The notes under the pieces: model-generated
Databases searched by the model: none
Told to the model about the DNA's origin: nothing
The model's input: only the letters and a program-made list of their open reading frames with translations
Translations under genes and position numbers: made by a program
NCBI GenBank assembly: GCA_965242925.1
Contig: CBDEUM010000014.1
Span: 512,001 to 576,000 of the forward strand
Length of the DNA stretch: 64,000 nt
DNA from: Roseibacillus sp.
GTDB taxonomy: Bacteria; Verrucomicrobiota; Verrucomicrobiia; Verrucomicrobiales; Akkermansiaceae
Direction: 5' to 3'
Part shown: positions 18,639 to 27,063 of the stretch, one piece after another
Numbering within the stretch: the stretch's first letter is position 1
Layout of the letters: each line of letters opens with the position of its first letter

Positions 18639-21125
18639 CTACCGGACCACGCGCATGCGGAGGAAGTACTTCTCCCCGAAGGTTCCTCCGTCCGGCTGGC
18701 TCAGCTCAAAGCCAAGATGGGATAATCCGGGGCGTCTGCCCTGCAGTGTTCCTGCAAATGAAGCGTTAAGTGTTTCCCAGCTGTCCGGCTCCATCGTGGG
18801 AGACCCTTCGACCGTGTAGACGAATCCACGCGCCTGGGCGGAGTTCAGGATCTCGAAGGATGCGAAAAGCCGGCGCTCCCCCCCCGGCGTCATCGTCACA
18901 TGGGCAGTCAGTCCCCCATCAACGGCGACACTAAGGGCGTCACGCTCATCGTAAACCACCCAGAATTCGGGAGCACCTGCCGCCGTCCCGTCGAAACTGT
19001 CCGCTGACCGCTCCCCGGCCCCGGAGATGAGCATCCCGATCGAATTGCCCGCGGCCCACTCTTCCCGGTGAACAACCTCTTCCACCACAGCCGCCAATTC
19101 CGGGGAGCTCAACTGATGCCCGATTCCCGTCCAGGGCACGACATTCCAGAGAGCACTGGCAGCCGTTCGCGGCCGGGTACTCAATCCTCCGATCTCTTCC
19201 GTGAAGGGTCGGGTCTGGTTGCTCAGATCCGCGTAGACGGTCCACTCCGCCGGATCCATTCCAAGCAGTGCCGGCCTCATCACGAAAAAAGATGACAGAA
19301 TGGTGGCATCACGGGGAACCCGGACATCCCGGAACCGCAGGCCAAACCAACTGGCTTCCGGCGAGGTGATCCCCACCGTTGAGGAATGGAGATCTACTAT
19401 TCCCAGACCCGATTCCACCGCATCGTCTTCCGCCTGGAGCAGCGGAATCCGCACATATTGAAGCGAACCGGGCGTGGCCGGCAGCACCTCCCTGGTTGTC
19501 ACCGGGCTCCGTCGTTCACCCCCCCTCCACACGCTGAACGCCTTGATTGTCGTCGGGGCCCCGATGTCGATCGGCCCGCCATAGGCGGGACTGGCTGGGG
19601 AGGGTTCCGAACCATCCAGGGTGTAGTGCACGGTGGCGTCCGGGACATTGGGCTGGGCGATCAGATGGGCCTGCACCTTCCCGCGGGTCCGCTCCGAGGC
19701 TACAATCGCCGGACCGAAGGGGCACCAGGGATCGCTCAGGGGGAGCCGGGGCGCCACTTCCCCACGCTTGATGAGCTGGAACTCATCCCGAACCACGCCT
19801 TCCTCATTCAGCATGATCACCTTCATGGTGTCCCCTTCCAGGTCCATGAGGACCGACCCCCCCTCCTTGAGGGAAATGCGGTGGACCGGGGAGAGCCCGA
19901 AGGAAAACCCCGAACCGTGCCCATGGCCGGACACAACCGCCACCGTCCCCCCGTGAGGATGGAGATGGGCACTCTTGAGATAGGATCCGTCTCCGTCCGC
20001 ATTCCCGTCCCCATCATCCAGGATCACCCCGAAGGGATCGGTGGGCGTGACGTAGGCCCGGTCGAGCAGCATGGAGCGCTCGTAAATGTGCGAATGCCCG
20101 GCCAGGACCATATCAACCCCGTGATCCTCCAGAATCGGCATCATCACTTCACGCATCTCGATCAGTTGGTCCTCAAGGTCGCTGTGATGGGAGCCCTTTG
20201 AGTAGGGGGGATGGTGCCAGAAGGCGATGAGCCACTCCGAATCGTTCCGGGCCAGGTCCTGCCGGAGCCAGGTCGCCATTCGGGCCGCCTCTCCCCGGGC
20301 CTCGTCATGGCTGTTGAGACAGACGAAGTGGATGGGCCCGAAGTCAAAGGAATAATAGGCCTCGCTGCCGGATGGAACCCCTCCTGCTTCTCCGTCTGTG
20401 GGAAGAACATAGGCGTCGTAATAGGGGCCGATCCCAAGCGTGCCGTCGGAGGCGCGCCCCTCGTGGTTCCCCATGGTGGCCCAGGTCACCGTGTTGCAGA
20501 TCGTTCCGGCATAGACATCAAAGAAGTTGGCCTGGAACTCGGGATCCGTCCCGTCGTCGTAGGCCATGTCCCCGAGATGGACGAAGGCATCGAGCCGCCG
20601 CCCGTCCGCTGCCACGTAGGCCTTCATGGCATCGTAGACGTTCCTCTGAATGATCCCCCCGTCTCCCGTGTCCCCCATCACCCAGAAGCGCAGGGGTCTG
20701 CCCGGCTCGACCCGCGGCTGGGTGTGAAAGAAGGAGTCTTCCGTGCCTCCCGCCAGAAGAGTGTCCCCGTCGAACACCCCGTAGTAGTACTTCGAATCAA
20801 CCGCCAATCCACTGACTGTTGCCTCAAACTGATAGACGCCCTTCGGCGTGCTCTGCCCCAGTCGGGGCACCTCCGGCAGCCCCTTCATCTCAGGGCTGAC
20901 GCGCATGACAATCTGCTCGACCGGCACGCCCTGGTTGAGATTGCCCGGCGCCGGTCCGTAACGCACCCTCGGGGCAATCGACTGGTCGGTCCGCCAGGCC
21001 ACGACACTCGAACTGCGGGTGGTCAGTTGGATGTAGGGGTCTCGAATCACTTCGCCCCGGGCAGGTGATTCACCCATGCCGCACACGAGACCGAGCACAA
21101 GGAAGGGGGAATGGGCGCGAACCAT
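18639..21125 (-). CDS. Secreted purple-acid-phosphatase-like metallophosphoesterase with accessory C-terminal domains
   Basis: Probable start MVRAHSPF at 21125 (the longer ORF overlaps nhaC); GDTG, LGDMAY, GNHE, WHHPPY, GHSHIYERS; VHYTLDGSEP chitobiase/Fn3-associated motif; terminal YTVEGSPTM..W..YFLRMRV. Confidence 0.87.
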   Translation of the reverse strand: MVRAHSPFLVLGLVCGMGESPARGEVIRDPYIQLTTRSSSVVAWRTDQSIAPRVRYGPAPGNLNQGVPVEQIVMRVSPEMKGLPEVPRLGQSTPKGVYQFEATVSGLAVDSKYYYGVFDGDTLLAGGTEDSFFHTQPRVEPGRPLRFWVMGDTGDGGIIQRNVYDAMKAYVAADGRRLDAFVHLGDMAYDDGTDPEFQANFFDVYAGTICNTVTWATMGNHEGRASDGTLGIGPYYDAYVLPTDGEAGGVPSGSEAYYSFDFGPIHFVCLNSHDEARGEAARMATWLRQDLARNDSEWLIAFWHHPPYSKGSHHSDLEDQLIEMREVMMPILEDHGVDMVLAGHSHIYERSMLLDRAYVTPTDPFGVILDDGDGNADGDGSYLKSAHLHPHGGTVAVVSGHGHGSGFSFGLSPVHRISLKEGGSVLMDLEGDTMKVIMLNEEGVVRDEFQLIKRGEVAPRLPLSDPWCPFGPAIVASERTRGKVQAHLIAQPNVPDATVHYTLDGSEPSPASPAYGGPIDIGAPTTIKAFSVWRGGERRSPVTTREVLPATPGSLQYVRIPLLQAEDDAVESGLGIVDLHSSTVGITSPEASWFGLRFRDVRVPRDATILSSFFVMRPALLGMDPAEWTVYADLSNQTRPFTEEIGGLSTRPRTAASALWNVVPWTGIGHQLSSPELAAVVEEVVHREEWAAGNSIGMLISGAGERSADSFDGTAAGAPEFWVVYDERDALSVAVDGGLTAHVTMTPGGERRLFASFEILNSAQARGFVYTVEGSPTMEPDSWETLNASFAGTLQGRRPGLSHLGFELSQPDGGTFGEKYFLRMRVVR

Positions 21126-21208
21126 GGATCGGGGGTATCGACCAAGGGTGCCACTCCGGATCTTTGCCATCCAGAAAGAAATCGATCTCGCGCAGACGGC
21201 CCCCACCA

Positions 21209-22609
21209 TCAGCCCTTCCCGCTCCCCGAATCTCCCGGACGCCGATGCATGGTCCAGCCGGTGAACCCCAGGAGGACAGAGACGAGCGGGCAAAGGAGGT
21301 TGAAGAACGCGAAGGGCGCGAAAAGGTGCGGGCCCACCTTGAGCGCTCCCAGCATGGCGGCTCCGCAGGTGTTCCAGGGGATCAGCGGAGAGGTTATCGT
21401 TCCCGCGTCCTCCAGGCACCGGGAAAGGTTCCTGGCTTCCAGTCCGGCCTCGTCGTAGGCCTCCTTGTACATCCGGCCCGGCAGGATGATGGAGAGGTAC
21501 TGGTCCGCTGCCAGTAGATTGACCCCAAGCGAGGAGGCCAGGGTGGCGAGCACCAGTCGCCCGGTATTGATCGCAAACCGCATGACGGCCTGCACGATCA
21601 CTCGCAGCATTCCCGTGCTCTCCATCAACCCCCCGAAGGACAACGCGCAAAGGAGCAGTCCGATCGTCCCGTACATGCTCTCCAAGCCGCCCCCCGAGAG
21701 GAGTTCGTCGAGACTGGCAACTCCCGATTTCAGCTCGTACCCGCTTTCCAGCACCGCCACGAGACGGGTGGCTGATTCTCCCTGCACGGTGAGCGCCAGA
21801 ACCGTTCCCACCGCGCCGCCTGCCAGGATGGCGCCCAGGGCCGGCAGGCGAAATACGAGGCACACAATCACGCTGAGAGGAGCCACCAGCAGCACCGGCG
21901 AGAGATGAAACTTCTCTTCGATGGTTTCCAACAAAAGCTCGATGTGCCCGTCATTCGTCTCGCCGCCCGCTCCCATTCCCAACAGGGCATAGATCCCCAA
22001 CGCGATCACCATGCTGGGCACAGTGGTCCAGAGCATGTGGCGGATATGCTCGAAGAGGGGAACCTCCGCCACCCCGGCCGCCAGGTTGGTGGTATCGGAA
22101 AGCGGGGAGAGCTTGTCGCCGAAATAGGCTCCCGAAACAATCGCGCCAGCCGTCATGGCCCTGGAGATCTCCAGACCTTCTGCCACTCCGATCAGAGCCA
22201 CCCCGATCGTTGCCGCGGTGGTCCACGAACTGCCTGTCACCACCGAAACCAGCCCGCAGATCAGACAGCACGCAACCAGGAAGACTTCAGGAGAGAGGAG
22301 CCGCAATCCGTAGGCAACGAGCAGAGAAACAACCCCGCCAGCCAGCCAGGATCCAATCAGAATTCCGATCGAAAGCAGGATCAGGATGGAGGGAAGACCA
22401 ATGGAGATGCCTTTGACCATTCCCTCCTGCAGGGCCTTCCAACGGTAGCCCAGTGTCCGGCCGATAAGCACCACCACCACACTGCCGGCGATGAGGGGAA
22501 GATGCGGCGAAGCCCCCAGCAGCGGAATGGCCAGCCCCAGAATCGCCATCACCACCGCGACCGGAACCAGTGACAGCACGAGGGAGGGTGAGCGCGGGTG
22601 ATCGGTCAT
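21209..22609 (-). CDS. nhaC: NhaC-family Na+/H+ antiporter or solute transporter
   Basis: Many TM helices; TGSSWTT, GAIVSGAYFGDKLSPLSDTTNLA, LSRCLEDAGT, LIPWNTCG; GGAGG SD 8 nt before the ATG at 22609. Confidence 0.9.
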   Translation of the reverse strand: MTDHPRSPSLVLSLVPVAVVMAILGLAIPLLGASPHLPLIAGSVVVVLIGRTLGYRWKALQEGMVKGISIGLPSILILLSIGILIGSWLAGGVVSLLVAYGLRLLSPEVFLVACCLICGLVSVVTGSSWTTAATIGVALIGVAEGLEISRAMTAGAIVSGAYFGDKLSPLSDTTNLAAGVAEVPLFEHIRHMLWTTVPSMVIALGIYALLGMGAGGETNDGHIELLLETIEEKFHLSPVLLVAPLSVIVCLVFRLPALGAILAGGAVGTVLALTVQGESATRLVAVLESGYELKSGVASLDELLSGGGLESMYGTIGLLLCALSFGGLMESTGMLRVIVQAVMRFAINTGRLVLATLASSLGVNLLAADQYLSIILPGRMYKEAYDEAGLEARNLSRCLEDAGTITSPLIPWNTCGAAMLGALKVGPHLFAPFAFFNLLCPLVSVLLGFTGWTMHRRPGDSGSGKG

Positions 22610-22853
22610 GAGCAAGGCCTCCGGAAGGGCCGCCTTCCTGCAGGGCACCACCGGGGCAGACCGGTGGCGAGCCAAAAGGGCACCCCTGGGCCCTCATGAG
22701 GCGGCTCTGGAATAAATGAGTCGTTGAGCCCCGGGACCCGTCACGAGTTTCCATGGCGGAGGGGAGCGTTGATTAATTTCGCCGAACAAATGCCTGTCCC
22801 TGTCCGGCTTTGGAACTGGACACGCCCCCCGTCCCGGCCTTACTTCGCAGGGC

Positions 22854-23531
22854 ATGTGCAGATCCCTCCTCTTTCTCCTTTCCTGCCTGAGTTCGCTTGC
22901 TCTGGCGGTGGCCCAGACTGAGACCCCGCCCAGCCCGGCACCCGCCGAAGACGCGCCCGCTGAAGACGCGCCCGCTGAAGAGGCCCCCGCCGAAGAGGCC
23001 CCCACCGAAGAGAGCGAGGAAGAACTGGCTACGAGCGAAGACGCCGGGCCCAGCGAGGAAGAACTGGCTGCCCTCGAAGAGGCCGCCAGGAAGGCCTCCC
23101 AGGAAGAACAGGTGCGCCTGGCGAAAGCGGACGCCGAACGCGAGTCAGCCAAGGGAGAAAAACACGCCACCCTCACCACCAGCAGGGGCCGCACCTACAA
23201 GAAGGTGGTCATCAAGGGCGTGGACGAAGTCGGAGTGAAAATCACCCACGAGTACGGAACCGCCCGCATCAAGTTCCCGGAGCTTCCCGAGGAGTTCCAG
23301 GCCCGCTTCGGCTACGATCTCTCCCGGGCCCAGGATCTCCTTGAACGCGAAAAGAACCTCGAATCCGCACGCGAGAGGGCCTCCATTGCCGCCTTGCGGG
23401 CCAATGCCGGACTGCCGGGCACCACTGCCACCCGTCCCACTACAACCAAGCCGAAGACAACCAAGCCCGAAGACAACCAAGCCGAAGACAACCAAGCCAA
23501 AGACAACCAAGCCCGCTGCGGCCGCTGTTGA
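22854..23531 (+). CDS. Secreted low-complexity protein, N-terminal part (frameshift at ~23466-23468 inside a repeat)
   Basis: Signal peptide, AEDAP/AEEAP repeats, small domain GRTYKKV..GVKITHEYG..F.ELPEEFQARFGYD; TTKPK repeats switch to EDNQA after an extra C. Confidence 0.75.
   Translation: MCRSLLFLLSCLSSLALAVAQTETPPSPAPAEDAPAEDAPAEEAPAEEAPTEESEEELATSEDAGPSEEELAALEEAARKASQEEQVRLAKADAERESAKGEKHATLTTSRGRTYKKVVIKGVDEVGVKITHEYGTARIKFPELPEEFQARFGYDLSRAQDLLEREKNLESARERASIAALRANAGLPGTTATRPTTTKPKTTKPEDNQAEDNQAKDNQARCGRC
22943..23012 (+). repeat. 15-nt coding tandem repeats (A-E-D/E-A-P)
   Basis: GCCGAAGACGCGCCC, GCTGAAGACGCGCCC, GCTGAAGAGGCCCCC, GCCGAAGAGGCCCCC, then ACCGAAGAG. Confidence 0.8.
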
Positions 23532-23841
23532 GCCGCCCTCCGACAACGTGGAAGTCCAGGGCATGGTGGCCAAGATCGCGGCGCTGGAACAGGTCATCGC
23601 CAAGCGCAGACCGGACGCGGAGGCCCTTGAGGAGAAAGCCTCCGACATCGAAGACAAGGCTTTCAAGGGGATCGGCGGCACCGGGGGGGACCCCAAGGTG
23701 AGCCAGAAGAAACTGGCGGAAGCGAAGGCCTGGCGGGACAAGGCCGACGCCGTCTACAATGAGATCTCTACCGCCCGCGTCGAGATCGGCCAACTTCGCC
23801 GTAAGATCAAGCTGATCGAGCGGAACAGCAAGAAGAAGTAA
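23341..23841 (+). CDS. C-terminal coiled-coil part of the 22854 protein (+1 frame, meaningful from ~23468)
   Basis: This frame resumes KTTKPKTTKP and then a charged helical region to TAA at 23841. Deleting one C gives a single 328-aa ORF. Confidence 0.7.
   Translation: MNAKRTSNPHARGPPLPPCGPMPDCRAPLPPVPLQPSRRQPSPKTTKPKTTKPKTTKPAAAAVEPPSDNVEVQGMVAKIAALEQVIAKRRPDAEALEEKASDIEDKAFKGIGGTGGDPKVSQKKLAEAKAWRDKADAVYNEISTARVEIGQLRRKIKLIERNSKKK
23442..23514 (+). repeat. Five 15-nt tandem repeats ACAACCAAGCCGAAG (T-T-K-P-K), one unit 16 nt
   Basis: ACAACCAAGCCGAAG / ACAACCAAGCCCGAAG / ACAACCAAGCCGAAG / ACAACCAAGCCAAAG / ACAACCAAGCCC. Confidence 0.9.
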
Positions 23842-23897
23842 CGGCATCCCCGGGGTGCGCACCGTGGCTGACCCGGAAGATCCCCCTTCTTCAGCAA

Positions 23898-25385
23898 ATG
23901 AAACGCCGCTATTTCCTATCCAGTTCGGCCAGTGCCCTCGCTATGGGCCGCCAGGCCTCCGGCGCAGAACCCGGTGAACCCCCGGGCAAGCACCCCAACA
24001 TCGTCTACCTCTTCTCCGACCAGTGGCGCGCGATGGACCACGGCTACATGGGCAACGCCGATGTGCGTACCCCCAACATCGATCTCCTGGCCGACCAGAG
24101 TGTCAATTTCACCAATGCGGTTTCCGGAATTCCGGTCTGCTGTCCGCACCGGGCCTGTCTTCTCACCGGCCAGTACCCCCTTTCCCATGGTCTCTTTCTC
24201 AACGATCTTCGTCTCAACACCAGGGCCACCTCCTTCGCCCAGGCCCTGGGCGGAGCCGGCTACGACACGGGCTATATCGGGAAGTGGCATATCGATGGCA
24301 CTGGTCGTTCAGCTTACATCCCCCCCGAACGGCGCCAGGGCTTCGACTACTGGAAGGTGCTGGAGTGCACCCACAACTACAACCAGTCCCGCTACTACGG
24401 CAAAACGGGACAGGACCCCAAAGTGTGGAAAGGTTACGACGCCTACGCCCAGACCAAGGACGCGGTGGCTTATATCAAGAACCACGCAACCCGGCCCGCC
24501 GGGAGCCGGAAGCCATTCGGCCTCTTCCTCTCGTGGGGACCTCCTCACGCTCCCTACCGGACCGGCCCCACCAAGTGGGTTGACCGCTACGACAGCCGGA
24601 AACTCTCTCTGAGACAGAACGTGCCTCCGCAACTGGGCAGACAGGCCCGGTCCACCTACGCCGGCTACTACGCCCACTGCAGTGCGCTCGACGAATGCGT
24701 CGGCTGGCTTGTCGAGGCCCTCAAGGAGAGCGGCCAACTGGAGAACACCATTCTAGTCTACACTTCGGACCACGGCGACATGTTGCACTCGCGGGGACAA
24801 CTGAAGAAGCAACGGCCCTGGGACGAGTCCATCCGCGTCCCGTTCCTCGTGCGCTGTCCCTCCTCCCTCAAGGTGAAGCCTCGCAGACTTGAGGCGCCCA
24901 TCAACACGCCGGACATCATGCCCACCCTCCTCTCCCTGGCGGGCGTGCAGATTCCCGGGAGCGTAGAGGGAGAAGATTTTGCCGATGTCATCCGCGGCCA
25001 GCGCAAACTCGAGGACAACCACGCCCTGATCACCTGCCCCAGTCCCTTCGGCCAGTGGACCCGGGCCCAGGGCGGTCGTGAATACCGCGGCCTGCGGACC
25101 AGACGCCATAGCTACACCCGCTCCCTTGACGGTCCCTGGGAGCTCTTCGACAATCAGGAAGACCCCTTCCAGCAACACAATCTCATCAACGAGGCCAGGC
25201 ACCGTGCCCTGCGTGACGAACTGGAAGACAAGCTGAAGGCGCGCCTCGTGGCCACCGGAGACGACTTCGCCCCCGGGGATGAGCTGATCAGGCGTTGCGG
25301 TTACCGGGTCGACAAAGGCGGCACTGTCAGCTACCGCGACCCCAAGGCCTGGGGACAGCTTTCGGTCCCCGCCCGAACCGGGTAG
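23898..25385 (+). CDS. Sulfatase with Tat-like signal
   Basis: MKRRYFL leader; PNIVYLFSDQWR, CCPHR, GKWH, WGPPHAPY, SDHG, ESIRVPF. Confidence 0.93.
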   Translation: MKRRYFLSSSASALAMGRQASGAEPGEPPGKHPNIVYLFSDQWRAMDHGYMGNADVRTPNIDLLADQSVNFTNAVSGIPVCCPHRACLLTGQYPLSHGLFLNDLRLNTRATSFAQALGGAGYDTGYIGKWHIDGTGRSAYIPPERRQGFDYWKVLECTHNYNQSRYYGKTGQDPKVWKGYDAYAQTKDAVAYIKNHATRPAGSRKPFGLFLSWGPPHAPYRTGPTKWVDRYDSRKLSLRQNVPPQLGRQARSTYAGYYAHCSALDECVGWLVEALKESGQLENTILVYTSDHGDMLHSRGQLKKQRPWDESIRVPFLVRCPSSLKVKPRRLEAPINTPDIMPTLLSLAGVQIPGSVEGEDFADVIRGQRKLEDNHALITCPSPFGQWTRAQGGREYRGLRTRRHSYTRSLDGPWELFDNQEDPFQQHNLINEARHRALRDELEDKLKARLVATGDDFAPGDELIRRCGYRVDKGGTVSYRDPKAWGQLSVPARTG

Positions 25386-25454
25386 GGCCCCGGTTCCCGG
25401 AGGAGAATTATTACCTCGCAAGAACTGCTCGCCTGCCGATTACTCATCCTCACG

Positions 25455-26948
25455 ATGAGATCCTTCCCTGTCGCCCTGCTCCTCGCGCTCCTTGCCTCCT
25501 TTCCCGCGCCTGGTGCTTCACGGCCCAACATCATCCTTTTTATCACCGACGACCAGAGCCCCATTGCAGGGTGCTATGGAAGCGCCGACATCCAGACCCC
25601 GCACCTCGACACCCTTGCTGCGGAAGGAACGCGCTTCACCCACGCCTTCGCCACCACCGCCTCCTGTTCAGCCAGTCGCTCGGTCATCCTCTCGGGATTA
25701 CACAACCATCGAAACGGCCAGTATGGACACACCCACGCCTTCCACAAGTTTGCCTCCTTCCCCAGCGTGGCCGCCGTCAGTCTTCCCCTCCAGATGAAAC
25801 AGGCCGGCTACCGCACGGCGCAGATCGGGAAGTATCACGTCGCTCCTGTCGCGGTCTTCGATTTCGAACAACGCCTGCCCGGCAACGCCCGCAATGCCCG
25901 CATGATGGCGGACAACTGCCGCGAACTCTTCGCGGAAAAATCGGACCAGCCTTTCTTTCTCTATTTCTGCACTTCCGATCCTCATCGTGGCGGAGGGGTT
26001 GACCGCACCTCCAAGCTGAAGTTCAAGCCTGACCTCTTCGGCAACAAGCCCAAGCGGGGCGCCCACCAGGGGATCAGGGAAATCTTCTACGATCCCGACA
26101 AGGTGAACGTCCCCGGGTTTCTCCCCGACACCCCCGAATGCCGCGCAGAGATCGCGCAGTACCATCAAAGCTGCTCCCGCATTGACCAGGGACTGGGCCA
26201 CCTGGTGAGCCTCCTGAAAGAGAGCAGGCAGTGGGACAACACCGTCCTCATCTACACCGCCGATCACGGCATGGCCTTTCCCGGCGGCAAGACCACCGTC
26301 TATGAAGCGGGTTTGCGCGTGCCCTTTGTCGTCCGCCACCCCCGTGCCGGGAAGACCGGCGTGGTGAACAACGCCATGATCAGCCACGTGGACATCACCC
26401 CGTCCATCCTCGACCTTGCCGGCGCCTACGATAAAAACCGGCGGGCACCCATACAACTGGTCGAGTTCCCAAGGGTCCCCCCGGGTGAAAATGCCGGCAA
26501 GCCGGTGAAGGCCTACCACGGGCGCTCATGGGTTCCCATTCTTGAAGAGATCAATCCGGAGGGCTGGGACGAGATCGGGGCCTCCCACACCTTTCACGAA
26601 ATCCAGATGTACTATCCCATGCGGGTGGTCCGGGACCGCCACTACAAGCTCATCTGGAACATTGCCTGGCGCCAGCCTTACCCCTTCGCTTCTGATCTCT
26701 GGGCCGCTTCCACCTGGCAGGCCCAGTATGCCGCAGGGCCAAAGGCAAGATACGGGAATCGCACGGTCGATTCCTACATCAACCGCCCCCGGTTTGAACT
26801 CTACGACATCTCCTCCGACCCCTCCGAAACGCGAAACCTCGCTGCCGATCCTGAATTCGCCAAGGTCCTCACCGCCTACCAGGACAAACTTAAGGCCATG
26901 CAGAAAAGGACCGAAGACCCCTGGATCATGAAGTGGCGCTACGAGTAA
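25455..26948 (+). CDS. Sulfatase (sulfamidase/N-sulfoglucosamine sulfohydrolase-like)
   Basis: PNIILFITDD, CSASR, GKYHV, DPHR, ADHG, HTFHEIQMYYPMR. Confidence 0.92.
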   Translation: MRSFPVALLLALLASFPAPGASRPNIILFITDDQSPIAGCYGSADIQTPHLDTLAAEGTRFTHAFATTASCSASRSVILSGLHNHRNGQYGHTHAFHKFASFPSVAAVSLPLQMKQAGYRTAQIGKYHVAPVAVFDFEQRLPGNARNARMMADNCRELFAEKSDQPFFLYFCTSDPHRGGGVDRTSKLKFKPDLFGNKPKRGAHQGIREIFYDPDKVNVPGFLPDTPECRAEIAQYHQSCSRIDQGLGHLVSLLKESRQWDNTVLIYTADHGMAFPGGKTTVYEAGLRVPFVVRHPRAGKTGVVNNAMISHVDITPSILDLAGAYDKNRRAPIQLVEFPRVPPGENAGKPVKAYHGRSWVPILEEINPEGWDEIGASHTFHEIQMYYPMRVVRDRHYKLIWNIAWRQPYPFASDLWAASTWQAQYAAGPKARYGNRTVDSYINRPRFELYDISSDPSETRNLAADPEFAKVLTAYQDKLKAMQKRTEDPWIMKWRYE

Positions 26949-27063
26949 CCTGCCCGGCCCCGGGTCAGGTCGCTCCCGCTTCCTCCAATCGCCCGGCCTC
27001 CCCACCCCAAGGCATGTAATCACAACCGTTCCCACGAGGAAATCGCCTGAACCTTCATCGCAT

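Noticed and set aside
21126..21863. N-terminal extensions of track ORFs (18639..21863; likewise 39054..40523, 40389..40913, 42862..43509, 43441..43746)
   Set aside because: They overlap neighbouring genes; downstream starts give proper signal peptides or family N-termini.
22668..22690. TPP riboswitch (CCAGGGGUGCC..GGCU resembles its 5' half)
   Set aside because: The essential UGAGA and the CCUGAU..GCGNAGGGA 3' half are missing.
22943..23514. CRISPR array
   Set aside because: The repeats are 15-nt head-to-tail coding units without spacers, and there are no cas genes.
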